From a virus, in the UHGV virus genome UHGV-0404708: a DNA stretch of 39,970 nt, one strand, 5' to 3'. The stretch's first letter is position 1. Each line of letters opens with the position of its first letter. Below, piece after piece: positions 16,782-26,501 of the stretch. The notes under the pieces were generated by a model, which did no database searches, was not told where the DNA came from, and was given only the letters and a program-made list of their open reading frames with translations. Made by a program: the position numbers and the translations under genes.

Positions 16782-18803
16782 ATGACGGTCTCAACCGAAG
16801 TTGGCCACAACGAATACACTGGTAACGGCGTTACGACTACATTCCCTTATACATTCAGGGTTTTCGATAAATCTGATCTGGTAGTGCAGATAGTTGACCT
16901 TGAAGAGAATATCACTGTCCTGGTTCTTGATACCGATTACTCAGTAACCGGGGTGGGGGGATACAATGGTGGCAATGTAATGCTGAGGACAGCGTTAACT
17001 TCTGGTTATCGTATTTTTGTATCGCGTGAGCTGCCTGTTACGCAGGAAACAGATCTGCGCAATCAGGGAAAGTTTCTGGCAGAGGTGCATGAGGATGCAT
17101 TTGATAAGCTGACGATGCTTATTCAGCAAGTATTTTATAACCTGAGCAAGGTAATAAAAGTTCCTGAATCAGGGAACTGGTTGGTTCCAACAATTAGGTT
17201 AAGAAAGAATAAAATCTTTGCATGGGACGAAGAGGGAAATCCAATTGCTGTATCACCTGAATCAGGTAGTGCCTCCGATGTAATGATTGAGCTGGCAAAA
17301 TCATCCGGGGCTGGGTTGATTGGCACAACGTCGGGGGGGACCGTTCAATCAGTGCTGGATGACTGTCATGCAAGGCTCATCACATGTGAGCGCAACAGCC
17401 GGGTGGAAAATTTTTACACGCTGGCGGAAACCTGCACAGCGGAGCTTTTATCGCTGAATGCCCCGGAGGCATATGACAAATCCATTACGCTGACGGTCAA
17501 TGAGGAACTGACCACAGACTATACCGGTCCGGTCACAGGTCATTGCAGCATCGGTAATCCGCAGAACTACACCATTGCGATGTGTACGAGCACAACTCTG
17601 GAATATCAGGTTTCCTCGGTGGTACTGGAGAGTGACGGCACGTTCAGTTTCGCCAGAAGCTGGACGGGGGCTAAGTCTTTTAAACTGTATCGTACATCAA
17701 ATAACGGTCTGGTAACCGTCTGGGAAGATCCGCTGTGTATACGTTCTTACCGGATGCCATCGGATGCCGGAGACGAAACGGTAAGGGTAATGAAAGACCG
17801 TACGTACACCTACGACCAGGCGGTGTCGGCCATTGCCCTGATGGCGCAGGGGCACAGTCAGACTGAGCGTTTTGTTCGCGGGTTGTGTGCGATTGTGGGT
17901 AGTGGTGGTAGCGAGGGGAGTGTGCCTTTTTTCGTGAACCGCATGTCAGCGCAGACATCGTCACAGTATTACCGGACGGGAAACGCAGCGTGGGTGGCGT
18001 ATGCGCTGGCGTATTATCTGCTGAAATATCCGGACGGTGAAATGGCCGTTGTTGCCCGGGATAAACTGACGCAGTGCGCAGAATGGATTGAAACGTTCAG
18101 AGTGGCAGACAACGGAGATATTCGTTATGGGTTGTATACATCCGGTAGCGGACGGTATCTGGATGGCGTCTTTTACCCTGATTTTAAAGCAGACTGGTGC
18201 ACATCGGAGCACCAGTTTGATTTGTGGTTTCTGTTTGACCTGATGGGGCGGGTGGGCTTCACCGGCTACGCTGAAAAGGCGAAAGCCCTGGCGGATGCCA
18301 TTATGGAAAAGCTGTGGGTGGAGGATGAAGGGCGATTTTATGCCGGGATGCGAACCACCGGGCCTGACAAGGCCTCACCACTGGACTGTGCAAGCTGGGG
18401 CGGGCTGTTTGTGTCCAATATCGATATGGAAAAAGCCCGGCGGTGTTTTACTTACCTGGACAGATTCTGGTACGCCACGCACGATGCGACAGGGTACACG
18501 CCTTATCATCCGGAATATGGCTACCCGAATAAACAGCGGGGAGTCTGGGTGGAGGGCAGTGCAGGCGTGGCATTGCTGGCCCGTAGACTGGGAGATGATG
18601 CCACCGCGATGGATATTCTGGCGAGGCTGGCACCACTGCGCACACGTTATGGTTACATTGATTCAAGCGATTATCCAGATAATGATGACATGCCGCCGTG
18701 GCCCTCTTCCTGCAACACGGCCTGGATGATACTGGCATGCGATCCGCAGGGGTTCTGGAACGTTGGGGTAAGTAGTCTGTCTGGACGTTATTATAGGTAT
18801 TGA
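16782..18803 (+). CDS. tail fiber/tailspike with T7-type N-terminal attachment domain and a distinct C-terminal domain
   Basis: 673 aa; N-terminus (YTGNGVTTTFPYTF...DTDY) follows the T7 gp17 N-domain pattern; C-terminal ~380 aa Trp/Tyr-rich. Confidence 0.75.
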   Translation: MTVSTEVGHNEYTGNGVTTTFPYTFRVFDKSDLVVQIVDLEENITVLVLDTDYSVTGVGGYNGGNVMLRTALTSGYRIFVSRELPVTQETDLRNQGKFLAEVHEDAFDKLTMLIQQVFYNLSKVIKVPESGNWLVPTIRLRKNKIFAWDEEGNPIAVSPESGSASDVMIELAKSSGAGLIGTTSGGTVQSVLDDCHARLITCERNSRVENFYTLAETCTAELLSLNAPEAYDKSITLTVNEELTTDYTGPVTGHCSIGNPQNYTIAMCTSTTLEYQVSSVVLESDGTFSFARSWTGAKSFKLYRTSNNGLVTVWEDPLCIRSYRMPSDAGDETVRVMKDRTYTYDQAVSAIALMAQGHSQTERFVRGLCAIVGSGGSEGSVPFFVNRMSAQTSSQYYRTGNAAWVAYALAYYLLKYPDGEMAVVARDKLTQCAEWIETFRVADNGDIRYGLYTSGSGRYLDGVFYPDFKADWCTSEHQFDLWFLFDLMGRVGFTGYAEKAKALADAIMEKLWVEDEGRFYAGMRTTGPDKASPLDCASWGGLFVSNIDMEKARRCFTYLDRFWYATHDATGYTPYHPEYGYPNKQRGVWVEGSAGVALLARRLGDDATAMDILARLAPLRTRYGYIDSSDYPDNDDMPPWPSSCNTAWMILACDPQGFWNVGVSSLSGRYYRY

Positions 18804-18826
18804 TTCCTGATAAAGTAATAATTTAA

Positions 18827-18836
18827 CCACATATGG
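18827..18836. promoter_or_regulatory. CCACATATGG motif (CCAYATRTGG family)
   Basis: Within a ~25-bp block nearly identical, in inverted orientation, to 37171-37200; upstream of lysis genes. Confidence 0.35.
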
Positions 18837-18899
18837 TTTATTGTGTATGATGAACTCATCAATAAGTGGGTTCTTCATGCACATTAAACGGTGGTTTTT

Positions 18900-19304
18900 A
18901 TGTCAGTTCAGCTAACCAGTGAGTCTTTAAATCAGTGGCTTAGTGCGAGTTCTCTTGTTGCGGTGATAGCAGGGGTTCCTCCAGAGGTGGCTTTGGGAGC
19001 TTTGGCTGGGGCGGTAATTTTTGTTACCTCAGCCATCGAGTATCCCATTCATCGCCGGGTTCTCCTGTCTATGCTCAGCTTCCTCTGCGGCCTTCTCTTT
19101 TACAAACCTACAGCATCCATCCTTATCGGTGTAGCCAGCCTGATCCCTACCATCACGCATGACTCTTTCGAGAAAGGGATCGTCTTCTCTGCTGGCGCAT
19201 TTGTGTCGTCAATTGTCGCCGTGCGAATTGGTATATGGCTTTATCACCGTTCCGATAATCCACGAGAGTTAATTCCGGGGAGAAAAGACGATGGTAACGC
19301 ATGA
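18900..19304 (+). CDS. holin-like multi-pass membrane protein
   Basis: Track ORF 18891..19304 (GTG); ATG 18900 preferred; 3-4 hydrophobic helices; first gene of lysis cassette. Confidence 0.5.
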   Translation: MSVQLTSESLNQWLSASSLVAVIAGVPPEVALGALAGAVIFVTSAIEYPIHRRVLLSMLSFLCGLLFYKPTASILIGVASLIPTITHDSFEKGIVFSAGAFVSSIVAVRIGIWLYHRSDNPRELIPGRKDDGNA

Positions 19305-19599
19305 CCTTTTTTTACTTATCACCAATGCAGTTATTTGTACTGGCATAGCAATTCGCGTTGTCACATTCCGGCGTAACGGCTCTCAACATCGAAGATGGGG
19401 AGGGTGGCTTGCTTATTTCCTTATTGTTGCTGCGGCCAGTATTCCTGTTCGTGTCGTCTATGCAATCTGGTTACGCACGCCAATGGCTGTGGATTTATCT
19501 GAGGTCATTATCAACGCTGTCATGCTTGCTGCGGTTATTAAAACGCGCGGTAACGTCGTTCAGATTTTCAAAATAACGAGGTCTAAACATGGAGATTAA
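19291..19599 (+). CDS. holin/antiholin-like membrane protein
   Basis: 102 aa, three hydrophobic segments; between membrane protein and endolysin. Confidence 0.5.
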   Translation: MVTHDLFLLITNAVICTGIAIRVVTFRRNGSQHRRWGGWLAYFLIVAAASIPVRVVYAIWLRTPMAVDLSEVIINAVMLAAVIKTRGNVVQIFKITRSKHGD

Positions 19600-20218
19600 A
19601 CAATTCCAGCGAGCTGCTGGTATTAGCGAGGCGCTGGCCGCTCGCTGGTTCTCGCATATAACTTCTGCGATGAAAGAGTTTGGTATCAGCAAAGCAGAAG
19701 ATCAGGCAATGTTTATTGCTCAAGTCGGGCATGAGTCTGGGGGCTTCACCCGGTTGCAGGAAAATTTCAACTACAGCGTCAGCGGACTGGCTAACTTCGT
19801 TCGGGCTGGGCGTCTCACTCAGGGACAGGCTAATGCACTTGGTCGCCGTGCTGGTGAATCACCATTGCCACTCGAGCGCCAGAGAGCGATCGCCAATCTG
19901 GTGTACAGCAAACGCATGGGGAACAATGCCTCTGGTGATGGCTGGAATTACCGTGGCCGCGGACTTATCCAGATTACCGGTTTGAATAACTATCGTGATT
20001 GCGGAAACGGCCTGAAAGTGGACCTGCTGGAGAATCCTGAACTGCTGGCGCAGGACGAATATGCGGCTCGTAGCGCGGCGTGGTTTTTCTCCAGCAAAGG
20101 CTGCATGAAGTATTCCGGAGATATTGTACGTGTAACTCTGATTATCAATGGTGGCAGGAACGGCATCGACGACCGGCGCGCGCGTTACATCACTGCCAGT
20201 AAGGTGCTGGCGGTATGA
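19589..20218 (+). CDS. endolysin, glycoside hydrolase family 19 (chitinase-like) type
   Basis: Motifs [12 protein letters not shown] and [11 protein letters not shown] typical of GH19-type phage endolysins. Confidence 0.85.
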   Translation: MEIKQFQRAAGISEALAARWFSHITSAMKEFGISKAEDQAMFIAQVGHESGGFTRLQENFNYSVSGLANFVRAGRLTQGQANALGRRAGESPLPLERQRAIANLVYSKRMGNNASGDGWNYRGRGLIQITGLNNYRDCGNGLKVDLLENPELLAQDEYAARSAAWFFSSKGCMKYSGDIVRVTLIINGGRNGIDDRRARYITASKVLAV

Positions 20219-20697
20219 TCTGGGCATTCGTAAAAGCATACTGGAAACAGTTGGTTATCATAGCGATCCTTGCTGTTCTGGTCATGTCAGGAGTTGTAGC
20301 CTGGAATGCACACGGCAGTCGTCAGTACGACGCCGGGTATGCGCAGGCGAAAGAAGACCGCAAAGCCGAAGAAGAAAAAGTTCGTCAGCACTACGAACAG
20401 GAGAAAGCGACTAATGAACGTGAAGCGCAGCAGAGGATCGATCAGGCGCGCAGCGATGCTCTTGATGCTGCCGCTCGCGCTGGCAGGTTGCAGCAACAGC
20501 TCGTTGCCATCCGTGAGCAGCTCAGGCAGTATAACGCCATTGTCGGCGCTGGGGCGTCAGCCGCAGATACCGGAGTTTTGCTTGCCGACGTGTTCAGCAA
20601 ATCTCTCGAGAGAAATAGACAACTGGCAGAGTATGCTGACCGGGCAGCCGAAGCCGGAAGAGTCTGCGAAAAACAGTACGACACCCTGACCAGATAG
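20215..20697 (+). CDS. i-spanin (Rz-like)
   Basis: 160 aa; N-terminal TM helix then charged coiled-coil region; ATGA overlap with endolysin stop. Confidence 0.7.
   Translation: MIWAFVKAYWKQLVIIAILAVLVMSGVVAWNAHGSRQYDAGYAQAKEDRKAEEEKVRQHYEQEKATNEREAQQRIDQARSDALDAAARAGRLQQQLVAIREQLRQYNAIVGAGASAADTGVLLADVFSKSLERNRQLAEYADRAAEAGRVCEKQYDTLTR
20414..20689 (+). CDS. o-spanin (Rz1-like lipoprotein) embedded in the +1 frame of the i-spanin gene
   Basis: In track ORF 20306..20689; ATG 20414 (alt 20456) gives signal peptide with lipobox LAGC, then Pro/Ser-rich short mature protein. Confidence 0.65.
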   Translation: MNVKRSRGSIRRAAMLLMLPLALAGCSNSSLPSVSSSGSITPLSALGRQPQIPEFCLPTCSANLSREIDNWQSMLTGQPKPEESAKNSTTP

Positions 20698-20870
20698 CAT
20701 GGCATTTTTCATGGTACTGATTTTCGGTGACGGTATATAAAACGGTATGGTGAAAATCAAGTTGCGGAAAGTTGTTATCAGTCAATTGGTTATGTATGTC
20801 GTAAATAATTGAGTGGGAATGATTAACAGCTAACTCATAGCAAATCATTCCTATTCAGATGCCAACTCAA

Positions 20871-20900
20871 CCCTCTGTTTTTGCAGAGGGTTTTTGTTTT
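20871..20900 (+). terminator. rho-independent terminator after lysis cassette
   Basis: CCCTCTG-loop-CAGAGGG followed by TTTTTGTTTT. Confidence 0.75.
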
Positions 20901-20957
20901 TATGTATTCATTTCTATTCACTCTACACCATATTTTTCGGCGGTACAGGTGACGGTA

Positions 20958-20972
20958 TTACCTTAAAGGTAT
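20958..20972. promoter_or_regulatory. operator-like palindrome (one mismatch)
   Basis: TTACCTTAAAGGTAT, about 45 bp upstream of integrase start. Confidence 0.4.
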
Positions 20973-21014
20973 ACTCTCATACCGTCATGAAAATGGTTTC
21001 TATACGGGTGAATT

Positions 21015-22271
21015 GTGCTTACCGATACAAAATTAAAGAACCTCAAGCCACAGGACAAACTGTACAAAGTTTCCGATCGTGACGGGCTGTATGTAGCTGT
21101 GCTTACGTCAGGTACGGTCTCGTTTCGCTATGACTACCGTATCAACGGTCGCCGCGAAACACTGGTAATTGGGCAGTATGGGCGTGACGGTATCAGCCTG
21201 GCAGAAGCGCGAGAAGAACTGATTGCTGCAAAGAAGCTGCTTAAAGCAGGCCAGTCACCGGCTGCGGCTAAACGTGACGGTATCAAAAAGATTCGTGGTG
21301 CCGAGACGTTTGCGGTACATACCGACAGTTATATGAAACACGTCATCCTGGCTGAAAGTACCCGCGCAATGAAGCTGGCAGTGATCGACCGTGACATACT
21401 TCCTGTTCTTGGCAACAAAATGATGGCTGAAATTACCACATCGATGGTTCGTGATTTGTGTGACAGGATTGTCGAACGCGGTGGTCGGGCAACAGCAGTG
21501 CAGGCCAGGGAGATCATCAGCAGCGTATACCGTCACGCCAATGACCGTGGTCATGGTTTGTTTAATCCTGCGGCTGACATTAAACCTTCGTCTATCGCCA
21601 TATTTAAACCACGAGAGCGAACACTGACACCAGAAGAAATTGGCCTGTTCTTCCGCACGCTGGATGCCATTGGTGCTATGGGCACTATGAAAATGGCTTT
21701 AAAGCTGGTGCTTATCACTATGGTTCGTAAAGGCGAATTCACCAATGCAACGTGGGATGAAATAGATTTTAAAAAATGGACATGGACAATTCCTTCAGAC
21801 CGCATGAAGGGAAGCCGGGCGCACGTTATTTACCTGCCTAAACAGGCACAGGATATATTGGTTGGGTTGCAGATGTGCGCTGGTGGAAGTGAATATCTGG
21901 TTCCTGGTCGTTACAATTTCCGGAAGCCATTATCTAATGCCGCGCTGAACTCTCTGATCGACAGAACGGTGAAAATAATAAATGAAGATGGTGAGCATAT
22001 TCAGGACTTCACCGTACACGATATGCGCCGTACAGCAAGTACGTTGTTGCATGAGGCTGGTTATCCTTCAGACTGGATTGAAAAGGCTCTGGCACATGAG
22101 CAGAAAGGTGTGCGCGCCGTATATAACAAAGCGGAATACGCCAGACAGCGCGCCTACATGTTGCAGCAGTGGGCCGATATGATTGATTCCTGGATTAACG
22201 GGGAGCATACGGATCTGATTCCGTTCTCCCCGTCGAAGTTTGAGAAGTGGATGGAAGACAGTAATAAATAA
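21015..22271 (+). CDS. int: tyrosine integrase, P4-type
   Basis: 418 aa, GTG start; N-terminus MLTDTKLKNLKP... typical of P4-family integrases; recombinase-like C-terminal half. Confidence 0.9.
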   Translation: MLTDTKLKNLKPQDKLYKVSDRDGLYVAVLTSGTVSFRYDYRINGRRETLVIGQYGRDGISLAEAREELIAAKKLLKAGQSPAAAKRDGIKKIRGAETFAVHTDSYMKHVILAESTRAMKLAVIDRDILPVLGNKMMAEITTSMVRDLCDRIVERGGRATAVQAREIISSVYRHANDRGHGLFNPAADIKPSSIAIFKPRERTLTPEEIGLFFRTLDAIGAMGTMKMALKLVLITMVRKGEFTNATWDEIDFKKWTWTIPSDRMKGSRAHVIYLPKQAQDILVGLQMCAGGSEYLVPGRYNFRKPLSNAALNSLIDRTVKIINEDGEHIQDFTVHDMRRTASTLLHEAGYPSDWIEKALAHEQKGVRAVYNKAEYARQRAYMLQQWADMIDSWINGEHTDLIPFSPSKFEKWMEDSNK

Positions 22272-22273
22272 TT

Positions 22274-22933
22274 CTATCCTTCCTGGACTTTGGTAAGCGT
22301 CAGATTTCCGCAGAACACTGCTCCGGTGTCGATGTACATCTGGTTTGCATACACCAGTGGGTGATGTGCTGGCGTATGACCGAAGATGAACAAATCGGCA
22401 CCGGTTATCTCCGAGACAATACCGTCCTGCGCGTCGCTAACCCGTTCACGATTCCATATCACCATTTCTTCTGGTACTGGCTTATCGAATGCGTATTCGT
22501 TGTGCGGGTAGTCTGCGTGACAGATGACGACCTTCTTATTGCCGGTAACCAGTTCGATAATCATCGGGAGGTTGGTAATCTTTGGCAGAAGGTATTTGAG
22601 TTGCACATCCTGCTCAGAATCAAGTTGGTGCCACCATCCACCGCCGTTTGACATCCAATGTCCGAAACTTCCGCCGTTGACCAGTGCATCCAGCATCATC
22701 TGCTCATGGTTGCCACGAACAGCTCGGAACCACGGCATAGTAATCAAATCCAGGCATTCGACGTTTTCAGCGCCGCGGTCAACAAGGTCACCAACGGAAA
22801 TAAGTAAATCGCGCGCCGGGTCGAATGAAACTTTGTCGAGTTCGTTCATCAGCAGCGTGTAGCACCCATGCAGATCGCCGACGACGAAGATATTGCACCA
22901 GTCAGCGCCATTGATGCGTTGATATAGGTTCAT
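22274..22933 (-). CDS. serine/threonine protein phosphatase (calcineurin-like metallophosphatase)
   Basis: Track ORF 22274..23053; ATG 22933 (ATGA overlap); motifs GDLHG, GDLVDRG, GNHE. Confidence 0.85.
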   Translation of the reverse strand: MNLYQRINGADWCNIFVVGDLHGCYTLLMNELDKVSFDPARDLLISVGDLVDRGAENVECLDLITMPWFRAVRGNHEQMMLDALVNGGSFGHWMSNGGGWWHQLDSEQDVQLKYLLPKITNLPMIIELVTGNKKVVICHADYPHNEYAFDKPVPEEMVIWNRERVSDAQDGIVSEITGADLFIFGHTPAHHPLVYANQMYIDTGAVFCGNLTLTKVQEG

Positions 22934-23580
22934 GCTGCACGCTCCCGCCCCTGGTTGTCTATTGGTGACACCGGAGCATTGCTGAATGCATTTGTTAATC
23001 CGCCAATATCCAACGCGTATCCAGGGTGTAGTTGCACTGCCGGGTCTTCGCACTGATTACCCCAAACATCGAAGCCATGAGACGTCTGGCGGGCGAACAG
23101 TTCAATGCGAGAAACATCGCCTAACAATTGCACAAGTTTTTCACGAACGACATCTGGTTTTCTTGAATGCTCAAGCCGCGGTGCGGTAAATGACTGAACG
23201 ATCCCTGCATTAATGCGTGGAGGTAGTTTTCCCTTTACTGCAAACAGGCAATCTTCACTATTGGCGCGAGTCATGTGTCCCATACCCATAACCAGTTTAT
23301 CTGGTTGTCGACTACCACATTTTATCCACGTGAAGCCCTTCATGGTCATCAGACGGAATCCCCAGGCTTCAATAACTTTTAGTGCTTCGAGTGGTTGTGT
23401 TGGCACCCACCACATGGCCAACAGACAGTTTTCATCGGCCAAATCCCACACAGGAAGGCGGCAGATATCCAGCACACTCATAACCGGATATTTAAAACCG
23501 GCACCGCGATTACCATCTGCGGCTTTGTCCCGGTATACCCAGGGTGGATCTGCATAGATTAGTGTGTATTTCTTAGTCAT
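22930..23580 (-). CDS. DNA N6-adenine methyltransferase, MT-A70 family
   Basis: Track ORF 22930..23592 (GTG); ATG 23580; catalytic DPPW motif (IYADPPWVY). Confidence 0.8.
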   Translation of the reverse strand: MTKKYTLIYADPPWVYRDKAADGNRGAGFKYPVMSVLDICRLPVWDLADENCLLAMWWVPTQPLEALKVIEAWGFRLMTMKGFTWIKCGSRQPDKLVMGMGHMTRANSEDCLFAVKGKLPPRINAGIVQSFTAPRLEHSRKPDVVREKLVQLLGDVSRIELFARQTSHGFDVWGNQCEDPAVQLHPGYALDIGGLTNAFSNAPVSPIDNQGRERAA

Positions 23581-23872
23581 AAACCACCCCACAACATCCT
23601 ATGCCGCTATAGTCGCCACGGCGAAGGCCGTTACCTTTTGTGATACATTGGTCCCTGCGAACCGCGATCCTTGCACGTTCAACATCACCAGAAGCAACAT
23701 CCATACACTGAAGCCAAAGGTGAGCGGCAATGCGGAACTGCCCTTTTTTTTCTCTTTCAATCGCGCGTTTTTCGATCTCTATCGCCGCAGGAGTAACGGC
23801 GACAATCTTTGACGGACTGCGCATTGAAACCTTATTCATGTGATATTTTTCAAGTCGGCTTAACTTTCTCAC
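23573..23872 (-). CDS. hypothetical protein
   Basis: 99-aa ORF, GTG start per track; within leftward early operon. Confidence 0.5.
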   Translation of the reverse strand: MRKLSRLEKYHMNKVSMRSPSKIVAVTPAAIEIEKRAIEREKKGQFRIAAHLWLQCMDVASGDVERARIAVRRDQCITKGNGLRRGDYSGIGCCGVVYD

Positions 23873-23981
23873 TTAATCCAACCCTCTCTGAAAATTAATG
23901 CCAGCAGATAAAGCCATGCTGAAACAGAGGCCAGGAATAAGTACCATCCTGACCATTTGCTCCAGTGCCTTAGCAGCGCAC

Positions 23982-24230
23982 TCATGCAGCGTTGCTCACG
24001 GGACGATATACACGTTGCTGAACAGGAGGTTTTTTACCCTGGAACTCTGCTGGGCTTGCTGCCTGACGTTCATCAAGCCAACGTTCAACTTCATCACGGT
24101 TCCATGCGCAGCGTTTATCGGTGATATACCAGCGTTTGGGAAATTCCCCTGCGCGCTCCATACGGTCGATAGTGCTCCATGACAGTGGCACCACCGCCAG
24201 GAGTTCCTTCTTACCTAATGCACCTTTCAT
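23982..24230 (-). CDS. AlpA-family DNA-binding protein (possible excisionase/regulator)
   Basis: Track ORF 23982..24251 (TTG); ATG 24230 with SD GAGAGG; LSWSTIDRMERAGEFPKR...W pattern like AlpA/Xis-type proteins. Confidence 0.55.
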   Translation of the reverse strand: MKGALGKKELLAVVPLSWSTIDRMERAGEFPKRWYITDKRCAWNRDEVERWLDERQAASPAEFQGKKPPVQQRVYRPVSNAA

Positions 24231-24279
24231 AAATACCTCTCTTGGTTGCAATGCGGCGCGCGTGGCGCCGCGGTGGTGG

Positions 24280-25197
24280 TTACATAGATGTTTCGTTTAA
24301 TTCTTCCCGGCGAACGCTGTAAACGTCGGTAGCTTTTGCCAGCAGTTCGTCATCATCTGAAAGTTTTTGTGCAATGTATTTGTAAGCCTTATCTAGTTCG
24401 GAGACAGTGCTGTAATTCATCGCTGCGCTGGTAAAGGCCATCAGCATTTCTTCTGGATCACGGCTATCCGCTTTACGCGTTTGCTCATCAGGCTTTTTCA
24501 CTGTTTTAGCGTTGATCAGACTGTTCATGCTGGATGCTGTGCCGTGCTTTGCCTGACTTCTTGGAGTTACGTCACGTTCAATAATGTCAGGTGAGTCGAT
24601 ATATTTACCTTCCATTTCCTCAGCTGTGGCTTGTTGACCAATCTCCGGCCATGCTTTACGTAATGCCTGTGCCTCTGCGCATTTTGCCAACTGCGCATAA
24701 GGGCGCTTTTTCCACATGGCATTTGGTGCCGATGTGTCACGCCCCCCAGTTGCATAGTTCTCAATCCAGTATTCTTTGGCGCTAAACTCTACGATTTCCC
24801 CGCTTGCCATTCGCTTGCTGACGGTGTACTTACACCACTGAGGGAAGGTAACCTCTACGCCTGAAAGCGTTTGTGTTACATCTGGACCGAACTCAGGTTC
24901 ATTAGCGCCTGCGTAATCGCCGGAACGGTAGGCCTGAATGCGATAAAGTCCAATGCCAGGCATGACCACGTCGCGCCATTCATTCTTTCCACTCTTCGAG
25001 TCTTTAACACTCATTGGTACCAGGTGTACCGGCTTAAGAAGAGGATCGAGTTGACGCGCCCGGCAGTAATCGACTGCCATCATTACCGATTCATCTTTTG
25101 CCCCAGGGTAAATACTGTTTTTCAGAGCGCTCCATGTAACTTCATCGATTCCCCGAATAGCCAACACATCATTGGTGATTGCAATTTCGTTGCTCAT
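24280..25197 (-). CDS. recT: RecT-family single-strand annealing protein
   Basis: Track ORF 24280..25224; ATG 25197 (ATGA overlap with upstream exonuclease stop); RecT-like central region. Confidence 0.7.
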   Translation of the reverse strand: MSNEIAITNDVLAIRGIDEVTWSALKNSIYPGAKDESVMMAVDYCRARQLDPLLKPVHLVPMSVKDSKSGKNEWRDVVMPGIGLYRIQAYRSGDYAGANEPEFGPDVTQTLSGVEVTFPQWCKYTVSKRMASGEIVEFSAKEYWIENYATGGRDTSAPNAMWKKRPYAQLAKCAEAQALRKAWPEIGQQATAEEMEGKYIDSPDIIERDVTPRSQAKHGTASSMNSLINAKTVKKPDEQTRKADSRDPEEMLMAFTSAAMNYSTVSELDKAYKYIAQKLSDDDELLAKATDVYSVRREELNETSM

Positions 25198-26015
25198 ACA
25201 TACATATCCTGTTTGCGTGCCCACTCAGGGCGTTTAATAATTTCCACGCCGCCCCATTCATCGCTGATGCGGCATTCGTGATAGGTATTCAGATCCCGGC
25301 GGAACAGAGCGTGCCCGGCATCGACATCCGGCGCATCCAGCTCGAACACGCGTACCGGATACCGACCACAATCAATGCTTTCGCTCACGGCAAGAAAGAA
25401 AAAACCATGCGGCTGACCAGTAACCCTCATTGCGCCTTCGCGGTACATTGCGTCCTGCACGTGGTAGCGGAATTCCTCGATGTGGCGTGCAAAACGGTCC
25501 ATATCTGCAACCTTTTTCACGTCGACGATCACGTTGTGCTCGTTCAGCCATTTGTCTGGACGAATTCGGCACAACTCACCCGTCTCTTCATCGTTCCAGT
25601 ACATTGATGCTTCGCAGTAACCAGGTGCTTCCAACATCCAGCGCGCCGCCGGATGAGCCATTGCGCTATCACGCATCAGCTCCAGTTTTCGCCACTGCTC
25701 GACATCAAGTACCGTAATACCCATATCCGCCACATCACGAAGAAATGCTTCTTCGTGAGCTTTACCTTGTTTTGTCCGACGATCGAATTTCGGTGAAACA
25801 ATGAAGCGTTTGTCGAACTCTCCAGGCTCCAGAAGCAGACAGTGCAATGCGGTTCCCATATCTAGTGCAGACTTTTTCTCTTCGTCTTCTGGTGCTGCCT
25901 GAACCCATTTAAGAAGCGCCGGATTCTTGGCTACCATGTCCAGTTGCGACTTACTCACGCCGTCACCGGCGTGGTAGTCTTCGTTGCTGATGTCGAAATA
26001 AATTCCCGGTTTCAT
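25194..26015 (-). CDS. recombination exonuclease (RecE/YqaJ-like), partner of RecT
   Basis: 273 aa; nuclease-like N-terminal region; immediately upstream of and coupled to RecT. Confidence 0.6.
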   Translation of the reverse strand: MKPGIYFDISNEDYHAGDGVSKSQLDMVAKNPALLKWVQAAPEDEEKKSALDMGTALHCLLLEPGEFDKRFIVSPKFDRRTKQGKAHEEAFLRDVADMGITVLDVEQWRKLELMRDSAMAHPAARWMLEAPGYCEASMYWNDEETGELCRIRPDKWLNEHNVIVDVKKVADMDRFARHIEEFRYHVQDAMYREGAMRVTGQPHGFFFLAVSESIDCGRYPVRVFELDAPDVDAGHALFRRDLNTYHECRISDEWGGVEIIKRPEWARKQDMYV

Positions 26016-26311
26016 GCCGCGTCCCTCTGTCCATCAAGCTGATCCGCCAGATCCCAGCGGGCGATAATTACCATTGCCTCGCGCCGGTAGGCATCCATTA
26101 GTTCTTCGAACTCAGGGCTGTCTTTAGCGGCCTCCAGTACTTCCTGGCGAACGCCTTTAACTGTTACAACGTCAAAAGTTGATGCCAGTTGATGAAGCCG
26201 GATACTCTCAATCAGTTCAACTTGTCGGTCATATAGCTGTTCTGACAGGCGGTAGTCCTTGTCGAATGCCAGCATGATTTTTTGAAGATTTTTCTGCTGA
26301 TTAACGTTCAT
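26012..26311 (-). CDS. hypothetical early protein
   Basis: Track ORF 26012..26326; ATG 26311 preferred (SD GGGAGGG); ATGA overlap with next gene. Confidence 0.55.
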   Translation of the reverse strand: MNVNQQKNLQKIMLAFDKDYRLSEQLYDRQVELIESIRLHQLASTFDVVTVKGVRQEVLEAAKDSPEFEELMDAYRREAMVIIARWDLADQLDGQRDAA

Positions 26312-26313
26312 TA

Positions 26314-26466
26314 TCAGCCCTCCCATATCTCGTTATCGTTGGCCACATCGCGAGCTTCTTTGCTGACGAAAGCCCACTTGATGCCTTCCTGTAAGGTGCG
26401 GAACTTCCAGCTCATGAATCCGCATGCAGTAACGCAGTACCAACCGTTGATGATTTTCCACTGCAT
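26314..26466 (-). CDS. small hypothetical protein (50 aa), first gene of leftward early operon
   Basis: Not in track (under 60 aa); ATG 26466 with SD GAGGT 8 nt upstream, immediately downstream of promoter/operator; translation MQWKIINGWYCVTACGF... Confidence 0.4.
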   Translation of the reverse strand: MQWKIINGWYCVTACGFMSWKFRTLQEGIKWAFVSKEARDVANDNEIWEG

Positions 26467-26485
26467 AACTTGTTACCTCGGTCTG

Positions 26486-26500
26486 TTACCGTTGAGGTAA
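26486..26500. promoter_or_regulatory. operator (OL-like), TTACC-N5-GGTAA
   Basis: TTACCGTTGAGGTAA exact; overlaps predicted start region of leftward promoter. Confidence 0.6.
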
Positions 26501-26501
26501 T

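Larger units (their letters stand above)
20726..20987. repeat. arm-type repeat cluster upstream of integrase (candidate attP arms)
   Basis: GGTGACGGTAT exact direct repeat at 20726-20736 and 20948-20958; ACGGTAT again at 20742-20748; inverted ATACCGTCA at 20979-20987. Confidence 0.45.
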
